DNA of 64,000 nt from Selenomonadales bacterium UBA7018 (GTDB lineage Bacteria > Bacillota > Negativicutes > Selenomonadales > Selenomonadaceae), in contig DJWY01000035.1 of assembly GCA_002448305.1 (NCBI GenBank), positions 2,982-66,981 on the forward strand, given 5' to 3'. This document shows positions 27,047 to 34,888 of the stretch, in pieces (positions within the stretch are counted from its first letter, which is position 1; each line of letters opens with the position of its first letter). A model generated the notes under the pieces. It did no database searches and was not told the DNA's origin. It saw nothing but the letters and a program-made list of their open reading frames with translations. Made by a program: the position numbers and the translations under genes.

Positions 27047-27265
27047 TTGTCAGACTTAACGCGCAGAGAGTTTATCAAGATGACATCAGAGGCGGCACTT
27101 GCTCTCGCGGCGACGGGCAATTCCGACAACGAATTTATTCCGCATTGGGAAAAATATTCTGTCGGTAATCGCCAAACTATGGAGCTAAACTCGAAAGGTT
27201 GCGTCTGCCATAAGGACTTGAACACTAAAAATTTAAACGGTCTGCGCTATGTCTATGAAAGCTAA
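27047..27265 (+). CDS. Small ORF with canonical twin-arginine (Tat) signal
   Basis: TTG start 9 nt after GGAAGGA. SDLTRREFIKMTSEAALALAATG matches S/T-R-R-x-F-L-K plus an h-region. Only about 45 residues would remain after cleavage. Confidence 0.4.
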   Translation: MSDLTRREFIKMTSEAALALAATGNSDNEFIPHWEKYSVGNRQTMELNSKGCVCHKDLNTKNLNGLRYVYES

Positions 27266-27281
27266 TTTGTGAGGCGATTAA

Positions 27282-28496
27282 ATGCGGCGGCAAAAATATT
27301 TGACAATCTCTGCAATGATAGCCTATTTGGCGTATATCGGAATGTTTATCCCGCTCTCAACCGATTTATATTTACCCGCTCTGCCAATGATGAGCGAATA
27401 TTTTTCGGCGAGCGAATTTCTTGTCGGCTTGACGCTGACAATTTTTTTCTTTGTGTTTGCAATCAGCATGATATTATTCGGACCACTCAGCGATAAATAC
27501 GGGCGGCGACCGATTTTAATTTTCGGCGCGGCGATATATACGGCGGCGTCATTTGCCTGCGCGGAGGCGTCGAACATTTATTTTTTATTGGCGGGAAGAT
27601 TTTTTCAAGCGGTCGGGTCGGGTGCAGTCATAACGGTTGCGACAACTTTAATCAAAGATTGTTTTCGCGGAAAAGTTATGCGGAAAATTTTGGCGATAAC
27701 TCAAGCGTTGGGAGTAATCGCGCCGATGGTCGCGCCGCTTGTTGGCGGACTTCTTTTGACGTTTACTGATTGGCGCGGGTCTTTTTATCTGCTGACGATT
27801 TTGGGAGCGATAAATTTATTCATAGCGTTTTTATTTTGCGAGACGCTCCCCGAACATAAACGTTATCATGGTGGAATTTTGAATTCAATGACGTTACTGC
27901 TTGAAGTCAGTAAGAAAAAATATTTCATTGCGGTCTTGATAATGTTCGCGTTTTTATCGAAACCTTACATGGCTTATCTAAGTTCCTCTTCGTTTATCTA
28001 CATAGAACATTTCGCGCTGACCGCGCAGGAATATAGTTATTTCTTCGCGGTGAACTCGGCGGCGTCAATCGCGGGACCGATTATATATCTTAAGCTGAAA
28101 AACAATTTATCGAACGTCGCAATGTTGAAATTGTGCTTTGTAGTTGCAATGACGAGCGGGATTTTAGTCTTGAGCATAGGAAAAATAAGTGCGATAATGT
28201 TCTTGCTAGCGTTCTTGCCGTTTACGATAATCGGAGCGGTGTCGCGTCCGTTTGCAATGGAAATTTTGTTGCTTGAGGCGAAAGAAAATGTCGGGACGGC
28301 GGCTTCAGTGATAAATTTCGTGCCGACGCTGTTTGGAAGTTTAGGAATGATGTTGGGGACGTTGCCTTGGGGGAATTTTATCAGCGGCTTAGGGATAATC
28401 ATGACGACGGCAACATTTTTATCGCTAGTGCTGTGGATTTTGATTAAGCAAAGGAAATTTGGCGTGGCAAGTCAGAACGCAAGCGATTTAACGTGA
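27282..28496 (+). CDS. MFS transporter, Bcr/CflA drug-resistance subfamily
   Basis: Twelve hydrophobic segments and the GPLSDKYGRRP loop motif. Confidence 0.85.
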   Translation: MRRQKYLTISAMIAYLAYIGMFIPLSTDLYLPALPMMSEYFSASEFLVGLTLTIFFFVFAISMILFGPLSDKYGRRPILIFGAAIYTAASFACAEASNIYFLLAGRFFQAVGSGAVITVATTLIKDCFRGKVMRKILAITQALGVIAPMVAPLVGGLLLTFTDWRGSFYLLTILGAINLFIAFLFCETLPEHKRYHGGILNSMTLLLEVSKKKYFIAVLIMFAFLSKPYMAYLSSSSFIYIEHFALTAQEYSYFFAVNSAASIAGPIIYLKLKNNLSNVAMLKLCFVVAMTSGILVLSIGKISAIMFLLAFLPFTIIGAVSRPFAMEILLLEAKENVGTAASVINFVPTLFGSLGMMLGTLPWGNFISGLGIIMTTATFLSLVLWILIKQRKFGVASQNASDLT

Positions 28497-28882
28497 GGAG
28501 TGGAAAAATTTTGTATGAATTGACGGTTCGTTCGGCATTTGAGGCGGCGCATTTCATTGACGGTTATGCCGGAAAATGTTCGCGCTTGCACGGGCATAAT
28601 TGGATAATTGAAGCGGTCGTGCGCGGCGAAGAATTAGACAATCTCGGAATGCTGATTGATTTTAAAATTTTGAAGGCGGAACTTAACAAAGTTCTTGAGG
28701 AGTTTGACCACCGCTTTTTGAATGAACTAAAAGTTTTTGCGGAAGAGAATCCGACGGCGGAAAATCTTGCGCGGAAGATTTATAATAAACTTGCGGGGGC
28801 GGAAATTTTCAGCGGCGCGACGAAACTTTATGCCGTGAAAGTTTTTGAAAGCCCTAATTCATGCGTGACGTATTATGAGTAA
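28493..28882 (+). CDS. queD: 6-carboxy-5,6,7,8-tetrahydropterin synthase QueD
   Basis: Contains FEAAHFI...CSRLHGHNW and FDHRFLN. The start may be TTG 28511, after GAGGAG. Confidence 0.88.
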   Translation: MRSGKILYELTVRSAFEAAHFIDGYAGKCSRLHGHNWIIEAVVRGEELDNLGMLIDFKILKAELNKVLEEFDHRFLNELKVFAEENPTAENLARKIYNKLAGAEIFSGATKLYAVKVFESPNSCVTYYE

Positions 28883-29612
28883 AGCGAATGTTATAGAAAT
28901 TTTTTCGTCAGTGCAGGGCGAAGGGAAATATTTAGGTTGCCGACAAATTTTCGTGCGCCTTGCCGATTGCAACTTAAATTGCGCCTATTGCGATACGAAT
29001 TTTATCCGCGCAGATTTTTGCAAGGTCGAAACGGTCGCGGGCGCAATGATTTTCCGCAATGAAAAAAATCCTCTAGACGCCACGCAAGTTGCAGAAATTA
29101 TCAAGCAATTTGCCGACGAAGTGCCGACGCAAGCAATTAGTTTTACGGGCGGCGAACCACTGATTCATTGGCAATTTATTCGCGATGTTGCGAGCGCGGT
29201 AAAAAATTCCGGCGTGAAAATTTTTCTAGAGACGAACGGGACGCTTTACAACGAGTTTGAAAAAATATCGGGCGCGGTCGATATTGTCAGCATGGATATA
29301 AAATTGCCGAGCGTAATCGGACAAAATCTTTTCAGCTTGCACGAAAAATTTTTGCGAGTGGCGCAAGGAAAGGATTTATATGTTAAAATTGTCGTGACGG
29401 GCGAGACAACGCCGGAAGAATTTTTATCGGCAATCGATTTAATTTCACAGGTCGACAAGGAAATTTTATTAATCCTTCAACCTGTGACGCCCGTCGGGAA
29501 AATCTGCGCGGCTTCAGCGGGAAAAATTTTAAACTTACAAACCGCCGCACTCCGTAAATTAAAAAACGTCCGAGTAATTCCACAGACGCATAAATTTATT
29601 AACGTACTTTAG
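28875..29612 (+). CDS. queE: 7-carboxy-7-deazaguanine synthase QueE (radical SAM)
   Basis: Contains EIFSSVQGEG and RLADCNLNCAYCDT. Overlaps the queD stop. Confidence 0.88.
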   Translation: MSKANVIEIFSSVQGEGKYLGCRQIFVRLADCNLNCAYCDTNFIRADFCKVETVAGAMIFRNEKNPLDATQVAEIIKQFADEVPTQAISFTGGEPLIHWQFIRDVASAVKNSGVKIFLETNGTLYNEFEKISGAVDIVSMDIKLPSVIGQNLFSLHEKFLRVAQGKDLYVKIVVTGETTPEEFLSAIDLISQVDKEILLILQPVTPVGKICAASAGKILNLQTAALRKLKNVRVIPQTHKFINVL

Positions 29613-29623
29613 GAGAACTTACA

Positions 29624-30928
29624 ATGAAAAAACATTTCTTCTGCGCGAAAAATATTGAGGATTACCGGAAAGTTTATCGCGAAATTATGGAGAAAGAAAA
29701 ATCCGCCGACGAAACGCAAGAAGATTTTGAGCAGAACTTTTTTCTTAAGCACATAAAAGGTTTATTTAAAGTGCCGCAAGAAGTTTTAGAATCAAGGATT
29801 TATGGCGAGACGGGCATTGAAGGTTTGCGACTGGATTTTAATTTTGGTTTACGACTCGACGTTCCCGAAGGAAATTTTCGCGTTGTGATAAGCGATGCCG
29901 ATACTGGAGAAAAATTTTTCGATAAATACATTTCGGGCGGCAGATTGCTTTCGGTCGAGCAGTATTTTATTCGCTGGCATGTGGAAATTTACCGCGACGA
30001 CAAAAAAATTTTTAATCACACGCTGAATTTGGAAGGGCAATCTGTTCTGCTAGCCTTCAGACTTTGTGGGCTGGGTGATTTGATTGCTTTGTTGCCATTC
30101 GTGCGGGAATTCAAAAAGCGTCACCATTGCGAGTTATCGATTTGCCTGCCCGATTATATGTGCGAATTTGCCGCGCATCTCTATCCTGAAATTTCTCAAG
30201 TCGACAAAATAAATTTTAAAACCTACGCGACCTATTATCCCGTAATGATTATGGCAGATTGTTTGACTGTTCCCGTTGACGCCCGCAATTTACCTTTAGA
30301 GCGTGCGGGCGGCGCGATTTTGGGCTTAGAAACTTTGCCCGCTAAGCCGAAATTTAAACCGACTGCGCCGAAACTTTTTTCCGAGCCTTACGTTTGCATA
30401 GGCGTACAAGCCACGACGCCGCGAAAAGGCTGGCTTTATCCTGGCGGCTGGAAAATTATCGTCGATTATCTGAAAAGTTTGGGCTATCGCGTCTTCTGCA
30501 TTGATAAGAAAAATTTTCAGCAAGAAGGCAAATATTCCGCCGCAATGCCCGATAACGCCGAAGATTTTACCGGCGACTTTTCAATCATGGAGCGGGCGAA
30601 TATGCTTTATCATGCTGATTTTTTTATCGGGCTTTCGAGTGGTCTAGCGTGGCTCGCCGACGCCGTTAATTGTCCGGTCGTAATGATTTGCGGCTTTTCG
30701 CAAGATTGGTTCGAGTTTTACACGCCGTATCGCGTGGCTAATCGGCTCGTCTGCAACGGCTGCTTTAATGATATTCGCGTCAGTTTCATAAAGAAAATTT
30801 GCCCGTATCATAACGGGACAACTCGCGAACTTGAATGCCAGAAGAAAATTTATCCCAGTCAAGTTATTGACGCGATTAATCGTTTGATTGTCGACGAAAA
30901 TTTAACGCCGCCAGTATTGAGGGATTGA
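29624..30928 (+). CDS. TibC/Aah-like protein O-heptosyltransferase (BAHT family), paralogue 1
   Basis: N-terminal block IYGETGIEGLRLDFNFGLRLDVPEGNF. GT9-like GLGDLIALLPF. C-terminal Cys quartet CNGC-x12-C-x11-C, which resembles the TibC iron-finger as I recall it. Confidence 0.7.
   Translation: MKKHFFCAKNIEDYRKVYREIMEKEKSADETQEDFEQNFFLKHIKGLFKVPQEVLESRIYGETGIEGLRLDFNFGLRLDVPEGNFRVVISDADTGEKFFDKYISGGRLLSVEQYFIRWHVEIYRDDKKIFNHTLNLEGQSVLLAFRLCGLGDLIALLPFVREFKKRHHCELSICLPDYMCEFAAHLYPEISQVDKINFKTYATYYPVMIMADCLTVPVDARNLPLERAGGAILGLETLPAKPKFKPTAPKLFSEPYVCIGVQATTPRKGWLYPGGWKIIVDYLKSLGYRVFCIDKKNFQQEGKYSAAMPDNAEDFTGDFSIMERANMLYHADFFIGLSSGLAWLADAVNCPVVMICGFSQDWFEFYTPYRVANRLVCNGCFNDIRVSFIKKICPYHNGTTRELECQKKIYPSQVIDAINRLIVDENLTPPVLRD
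30343..30770 (+). repeat. Direct repeat copy A (3' half of BAHT paralogue 1), near-identical to 31667-32094
   Basis: Aligned by eye at an offset of 1324 nt. There are only scattered substitutions, and 30473-30573 is a perfect 101-nt match to 31797-31897. Confidence 0.85.
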
Positions 30929-30929
30929 A

Positions 30930-32249
30930 ATGAAAAACTTTTACTTTTGCGCACGTGATATTCGCGACTATCTGCGCGGCGTGATGAATACGAGAGAGCT
31001 TGATAATACGCCAAATTTTAAGCCAAATTTCTCTGCTTTAACGGACGCGCCCGCAATACAAGCTTTTCTGTTCGACGTAATGAAAATTTACGAACAGCGA
31101 GAGGAACTTTGCAACGCGCCGATTTATGGCGAAACGGGCATAGACGGCTTGCGGCTGGATTTTAATTTCGGCTTGCGGCTTGACGTGCCCGAAGGAAATT
31201 TTCATGTTCGAATTGGCGACGATAACGGGCAAATTTTCTTCGACAGAGATATTTCCGGCGTGCGCTTGATTTCTGTTGAGAAATATTTTATCCGTTGGCG
31301 CGTGGAAATTTCTTTAGACGGTACAAAAATTTTTAGCCACACGCTTAACCTTGATGGGCAGAAAGTTCTTCTGAACGTCGACAGGAGAAGCGGACTTGGC
31401 GATATTTTAGCTTTCCTGCCGTCGGTTGGGGAATTCAAGCGGAAATTTAATTGCGCGGTTTCAATTTCTCTGCCAGAATATATGCGCGAGTTTGCAGCGA
31501 ATATTTATCCCGAAATTCCGCAGGTCGACGAGATGAGCTTTGACGGCTACGCGATTTATTTTTATAAAATGTACGGCGGCGATTTTCCATTCTGCAAAGT
31601 CGATTTCAGATGTGCGCCGCTTAATCACATGGCAAATTATATCGTCGGGTTAGACGCTTTGCCTATTAAGCCGAAATTCAAACCGACTGCGCCGAAACTT
31701 TTTTCTGAGCCTTACGTTTGCATAGGAATTCAAGCCACGACGCCGCGAAAAGGCTGGCTTTATCCGGACGGCTGGAAAATTATCGTCGATTATCTAAAAA
31801 GTTTGGGCTATCGCGTCTTCTGCATTGATAAGAAAAATTTTCAGCAAGAAGGCAAATATTCCGCCGCAATGCCCGATAACGCCGAAGATTTTACCGGTGA
31901 TTTTTCAATCATGGAGCGGGCGAACATGCTTTATCACGCCGAATTTTTTATCGGCTTGGGCAGCGGGCTTTCATGGCTTGCTGACGCGGTGAATTGTCCA
32001 GTTGTAATGATTTGCGGCTTTTCGCAAGATTGGTTCGAGTTTTACACGCCGTATCGCGTCGTTAATCGGCTTGTCTGCAACGGTTGCTTTAATGATGTTC
32101 GCGCAAATTTTATGTATGACGTTTGCCCGTATCACGGCAGCACAGCTCGCGAACTTGAATGCCAGAAGAAAATTTATCCCAATCAAGTTATCGACGCGAT
32201 TAACCGTTTGATTGCCGATAGGAATTTAATGCCGCCAGTTTTAAAATAA
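30930..32249 (+). CDS. TibC/Aah-like protein O-heptosyltransferase (BAHT family), paralogue 2
   Basis: Same blocks as paralogue 1: IYGETGIDGLRLDFNFGLRLDVPEGNF, GLGDILAFLPS and CNGC-x12-C-x11-C. Starts 1 nt after the paralogue 1 stop. Confidence 0.7.
   Translation: MKNFYFCARDIRDYLRGVMNTRELDNTPNFKPNFSALTDAPAIQAFLFDVMKIYEQREELCNAPIYGETGIDGLRLDFNFGLRLDVPEGNFHVRIGDDNGQIFFDRDISGVRLISVEKYFIRWRVEISLDGTKIFSHTLNLDGQKVLLNVDRRSGLGDILAFLPSVGEFKRKFNCAVSISLPEYMREFAANIYPEIPQVDEMSFDGYAIYFYKMYGGDFPFCKVDFRCAPLNHMANYIVGLDALPIKPKFKPTAPKLFSEPYVCIGIQATTPRKGWLYPDGWKIIVDYLKSLGYRVFCIDKKNFQQEGKYSAAMPDNAEDFTGDFSIMERANMLYHAEFFIGLGSGLSWLADAVNCPVVMICGFSQDWFEFYTPYRVVNRLVCNGCFNDVRANFMYDVCPYHGSTARELECQKKIYPNQVIDAINRLIADRNLMPPVLK
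31667..32094 (+). repeat. Direct repeat copy B (3' half of BAHT paralogue 2)
   Basis: See copy A. The 5' halves of the two genes differ much more, including at synonymous sites. Confidence 0.85.
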
Positions 32250-32251
32250 AA

Positions 32252-32283
32252 ATCCCTCCAAACGCGGAGGGATAATTTTTTTC
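32252..32283. terminator. Bidirectional terminator between BAHT paralogue 2 and convergent thrC
   Basis: ATCCCTCC-aaacgc-GGAGGGAT, with an A-run upstream and AATTTTTTT downstream. Confidence 0.75.
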
Positions 32284-32291
32284 TTCAGATT

Positions 32292-33800
32292 TTATTCGGC
32301 AGCAAACTTCAAAACGCGGTCAGCCATTTCGTCTTTATCGCAAATGTCTTCATGCAAAACTTTAGCGGTAGAAAGTTCAGAAAGATTTCTAGGGATATTA
32401 ACGTTCGTCAAGTCGTTAAGCATTTTGAGTTGCGCGAAGTCATCGACGCCTTCAACCGATTGCCCAAGAGCCGTCAAAACCGCGCTTGTAAATTTGTAGG
32501 GACTGGCGGTCGCGGCACTCAATATCGGCGTGAAGTCGCGAGTTTTGCCGCGATACTTGCTAAGAGCGCAGATTGAAACGGCTGTATGCGTGTCGATAAG
32601 GTAGCTGAAAGAATCGTAAATACGCTTGATAAATTCGCGGGTCTCGTCTTCGGTGACGTATTCGGCATAAAAGATTTTATCGAGTCGCGCCTTGAGTTTC
32701 TTATCGACTTTGTATTTGCCGAGCGTGTTTAATTCGTTCATGTAGCGGTTAACGAGTTTATAATTGCCGTCGCTCTCGTGATAGAGGAGGCGTTCGAGGT
32801 TGCTTGAAATTAAAATGTCCATTGAAGGAGTAATCGTCTTGAAAAATTTTCTAGCGCGGTTGTAAGTGCCGGTCGCGAAAAATTCCGTGAGAACGTTGTT
32901 AATATTTGACGCGCAGATTATTTTCTTGACAGGCAAGCCCATTTTCATTGCGTAGTAGGCGGCGAGGATATTACCGAAATTGCCGGTTGGGACGCTGATA
33001 ATAATTTTTTCGCCGAGCTTAACCTGTTCCGCCTTAACAAATTCAATGTAGCCAGAAAAATAATAAACAATTTGCGGGACAAGCCGCCCCCAGTTGATTG
33101 AGTTCGCCGAACTAAGTTTGACGTTCAGCTTAGCGAGTTCGTCGCGAATTTTCTTATCGTTGAAAATCTTCTTAACGCCATTTTGCGCGTCGTCGAAATT
33201 GCCGCGAACAGCTGTAACGTTTACATTTTTGCCGCGTTGCGTGACCATTTGGAGCCGCTGAATTTTGCTGACGCCGCCGTCGGGATAAAAGACCATAACT
33301 TTAGTCTGTGGCACGTCCGCAAAGCCCGCTAAAGCCGCTTTGCCGGTGTCGCCCGAAGTCGCTACGAGAATTAAAATTTCTTTTGTCTCGCCGACTTTCT
33401 TTAAAGCCATGCGCATAAGGTGCGGCAACATTTGCAGGGCAACATCTTTAAATGCAGAGGTCGGACCGTGCCAAAGTTCCATTGAGCCGACCGGCGCGAC
33501 AGGGTTTTTCGGGTCTTGAATCAAAATCGCAGTGGGCACACGCGACGTAATGTCAAACCAATTATAAGCTAGCTCCGCGCATTCGCCGAGTTCGTCTTCC
33601 GTGTAATCCGTCAAAAATTTTCCGAGTAGCCACGCGGCGCGTTGCTCGTAGGTTTTATTCGTAAGTTCGTTAATTTCTTCGAGCGAAACTTTAGGAATTT
33701 TTTCCGGAACGAAAAGCCCGCCGTCCGCCGCTAAGCCCTGCAGAATTGCTTCCGCTGAATTTATCGGCTGAATTTTCGAGCGCGTACTTGTGTATTTCAT
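32292..33800 (-). CDS. thrC: Threonine synthase (long form)
   Basis: Contains MKYTSTRS..GLAADGGLFVP and the PLP-lysine context GPTSAFKDVALQ. Start moved to ATG 33800 after AAGGAG; the listed 33944 start is upstream read-through. Confidence 0.9.
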   Translation of the reverse strand: MKYTSTRSKIQPINSAEAILQGLAADGGLFVPEKIPKVSLEEINELTNKTYEQRAAWLLGKFLTDYTEDELGECAELAYNWFDITSRVPTAILIQDPKNPVAPVGSMELWHGPTSAFKDVALQMLPHLMRMALKKVGETKEILILVATSGDTGKAALAGFADVPQTKVMVFYPDGGVSKIQRLQMVTQRGKNVNVTAVRGNFDDAQNGVKKIFNDKKIRDELAKLNVKLSSANSINWGRLVPQIVYYFSGYIEFVKAEQVKLGEKIIISVPTGNFGNILAAYYAMKMGLPVKKIICASNINNVLTEFFATGTYNRARKFFKTITPSMDILISSNLERLLYHESDGNYKLVNRYMNELNTLGKYKVDKKLKARLDKIFYAEYVTEDETREFIKRIYDSFSYLIDTHTAVSICALSKYRGKTRDFTPILSAATASPYKFTSAVLTALGQSVEGVDDFAQLKMLNDLTNVNIPRNLSELSTAKVLHEDICDKDEMADRVLKFAAE

Positions 33801-33963
33801 GTAAATTTCTCCTTTGACTTCTAAAAATCGCGCTTGAATTCTACCACACAAAATATTCATTGCCAAATTTTTTGCAAGCCTAAACTTTGCTGAAAAATTT
33901 TTCATGCTGAAAAGCATTTTTATGTTATAATCAGCGGCAAGCATAACTTTTAGGAGTGGTGGA

Positions 33964-34851
33964 ATGAAACTTCAGACAGTAGAATATTATTTTCGCGAAG
34001 TACTATTGTCAATGATAAGAAATCGCTGGATGACGTTCGCATCAATCGGGACAGTTGCGGTATCGCTTTTTGTATTGGGCGTCTTTCTGATTTTGGTAAT
34101 GAACATGAATAAAATGGCATCGTCTTTGGAAAGTCAAGTGCAAATATCGGTTTATATAAATGACGAATTGCCCGAACAGGGACGAAACGAAATTGAACGT
34201 ATGACGCGCGACATGAAAAGCGTTGCGACGGTCGAATATGTGCCGCGTGAAGTCGCTTTGAAAAAATTGCGGGAACGGCTCGGCGAAAATAAAAAAATTT
34301 TGGACGCGCTCGGCGATTCTAATCCGTTACCGAATGCTTTTCTAGTTACTGTTCATTCAGCCGACGACGTTAAGAAAACCGCGAAAGCTATTGCTGACCT
34401 TTACGGCGTCGACGAAGTTAAATACGGGCAAGACGTCGCCGCTAATCTTTTCGAGCTAACTCACCTAATGCGGCTTTTTGGCGCAATTTTAATGGGATTG
34501 CTCCTTGCCGCGACAATCTTTATCATTTCAAACACGATACGATTGACAGTTTTTGCGCGGCGCAAGGAAATTGCAATCATGAAATACGTTGGCGCGACTG
34601 ATTGGTTTATCCGTTGGCCATTTATCTTGGAAGGCGTCGGGCTTGGGCTAATCGGCGGCGGCGTGAGTGCATTTGCTCTACGCAATTTTTATTCGGCAAT
34701 GGTCGAAAAAATTTACGAATCACTTACTTTTTTCCCAATGGTCGAGCAATATCCGTTCATGAATTACGTAACGTTGGGGCTAATCGGCGCGGGAATTGTC
34801 ATAGGCATTTTGGGCAGTACCGTTTCGCTTAAGCGTTTTATGGAGGTTTAA
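33964..34851 (+). CDS. ftsX: Cell-division ABC transporter permease FtsX
   Basis: Contains YYFREVLLSMIRNRWMTFASI, a periplasmic loop, three C-terminal TM helices and RRKEIAIMKYVGAT. Confidence 0.88.
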   Translation: MKLQTVEYYFREVLLSMIRNRWMTFASIGTVAVSLFVLGVFLILVMNMNKMASSLESQVQISVYINDELPEQGRNEIERMTRDMKSVATVEYVPREVALKKLRERLGENKKILDALGDSNPLPNAFLVTVHSADDVKKTAKAIADLYGVDEVKYGQDVAANLFELTHLMRLFGAILMGLLLAATIFIISNTIRLTVFARRKEIAIMKYVGATDWFIRWPFILEGVGLGLIGGGVSAFALRNFYSAMVEKIYESLTFFPMVEQYPFMNYVTLGLIGAGIVIGILGSTVSLKRFMEV

Positions 34852-34853
34852 AA

Positions 34854-34888
34854 AGCAATTAGGAATTTGGAATTAGGAATGTGGAATT
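34854..34888. repeat. Tandem heptanucleotide array, 5 units (AGCAATT AGGAATT TGGAATT AGGAATG TGGAATT)
   Basis: Read directly from the sequence. It fills the ftsX to envC-like intergenic gap and ends at the ATG (34889) of the M23 coiled-coil protein gene. Confidence 0.9.

Noticed and set aside
27282-32249. The MFS + queD + queE + two glycosyltransferases as a 7-deazapurine nucleoside natural-product cluster.
   Set aside because: There is no GTP cyclohydrolase I, queC/toyM-like gene or tailoring gene. The glycosyltransferases match protein heptosyltransferases rather than nucleoside glycosyltransferases. The hypothesis is too weakly supported.
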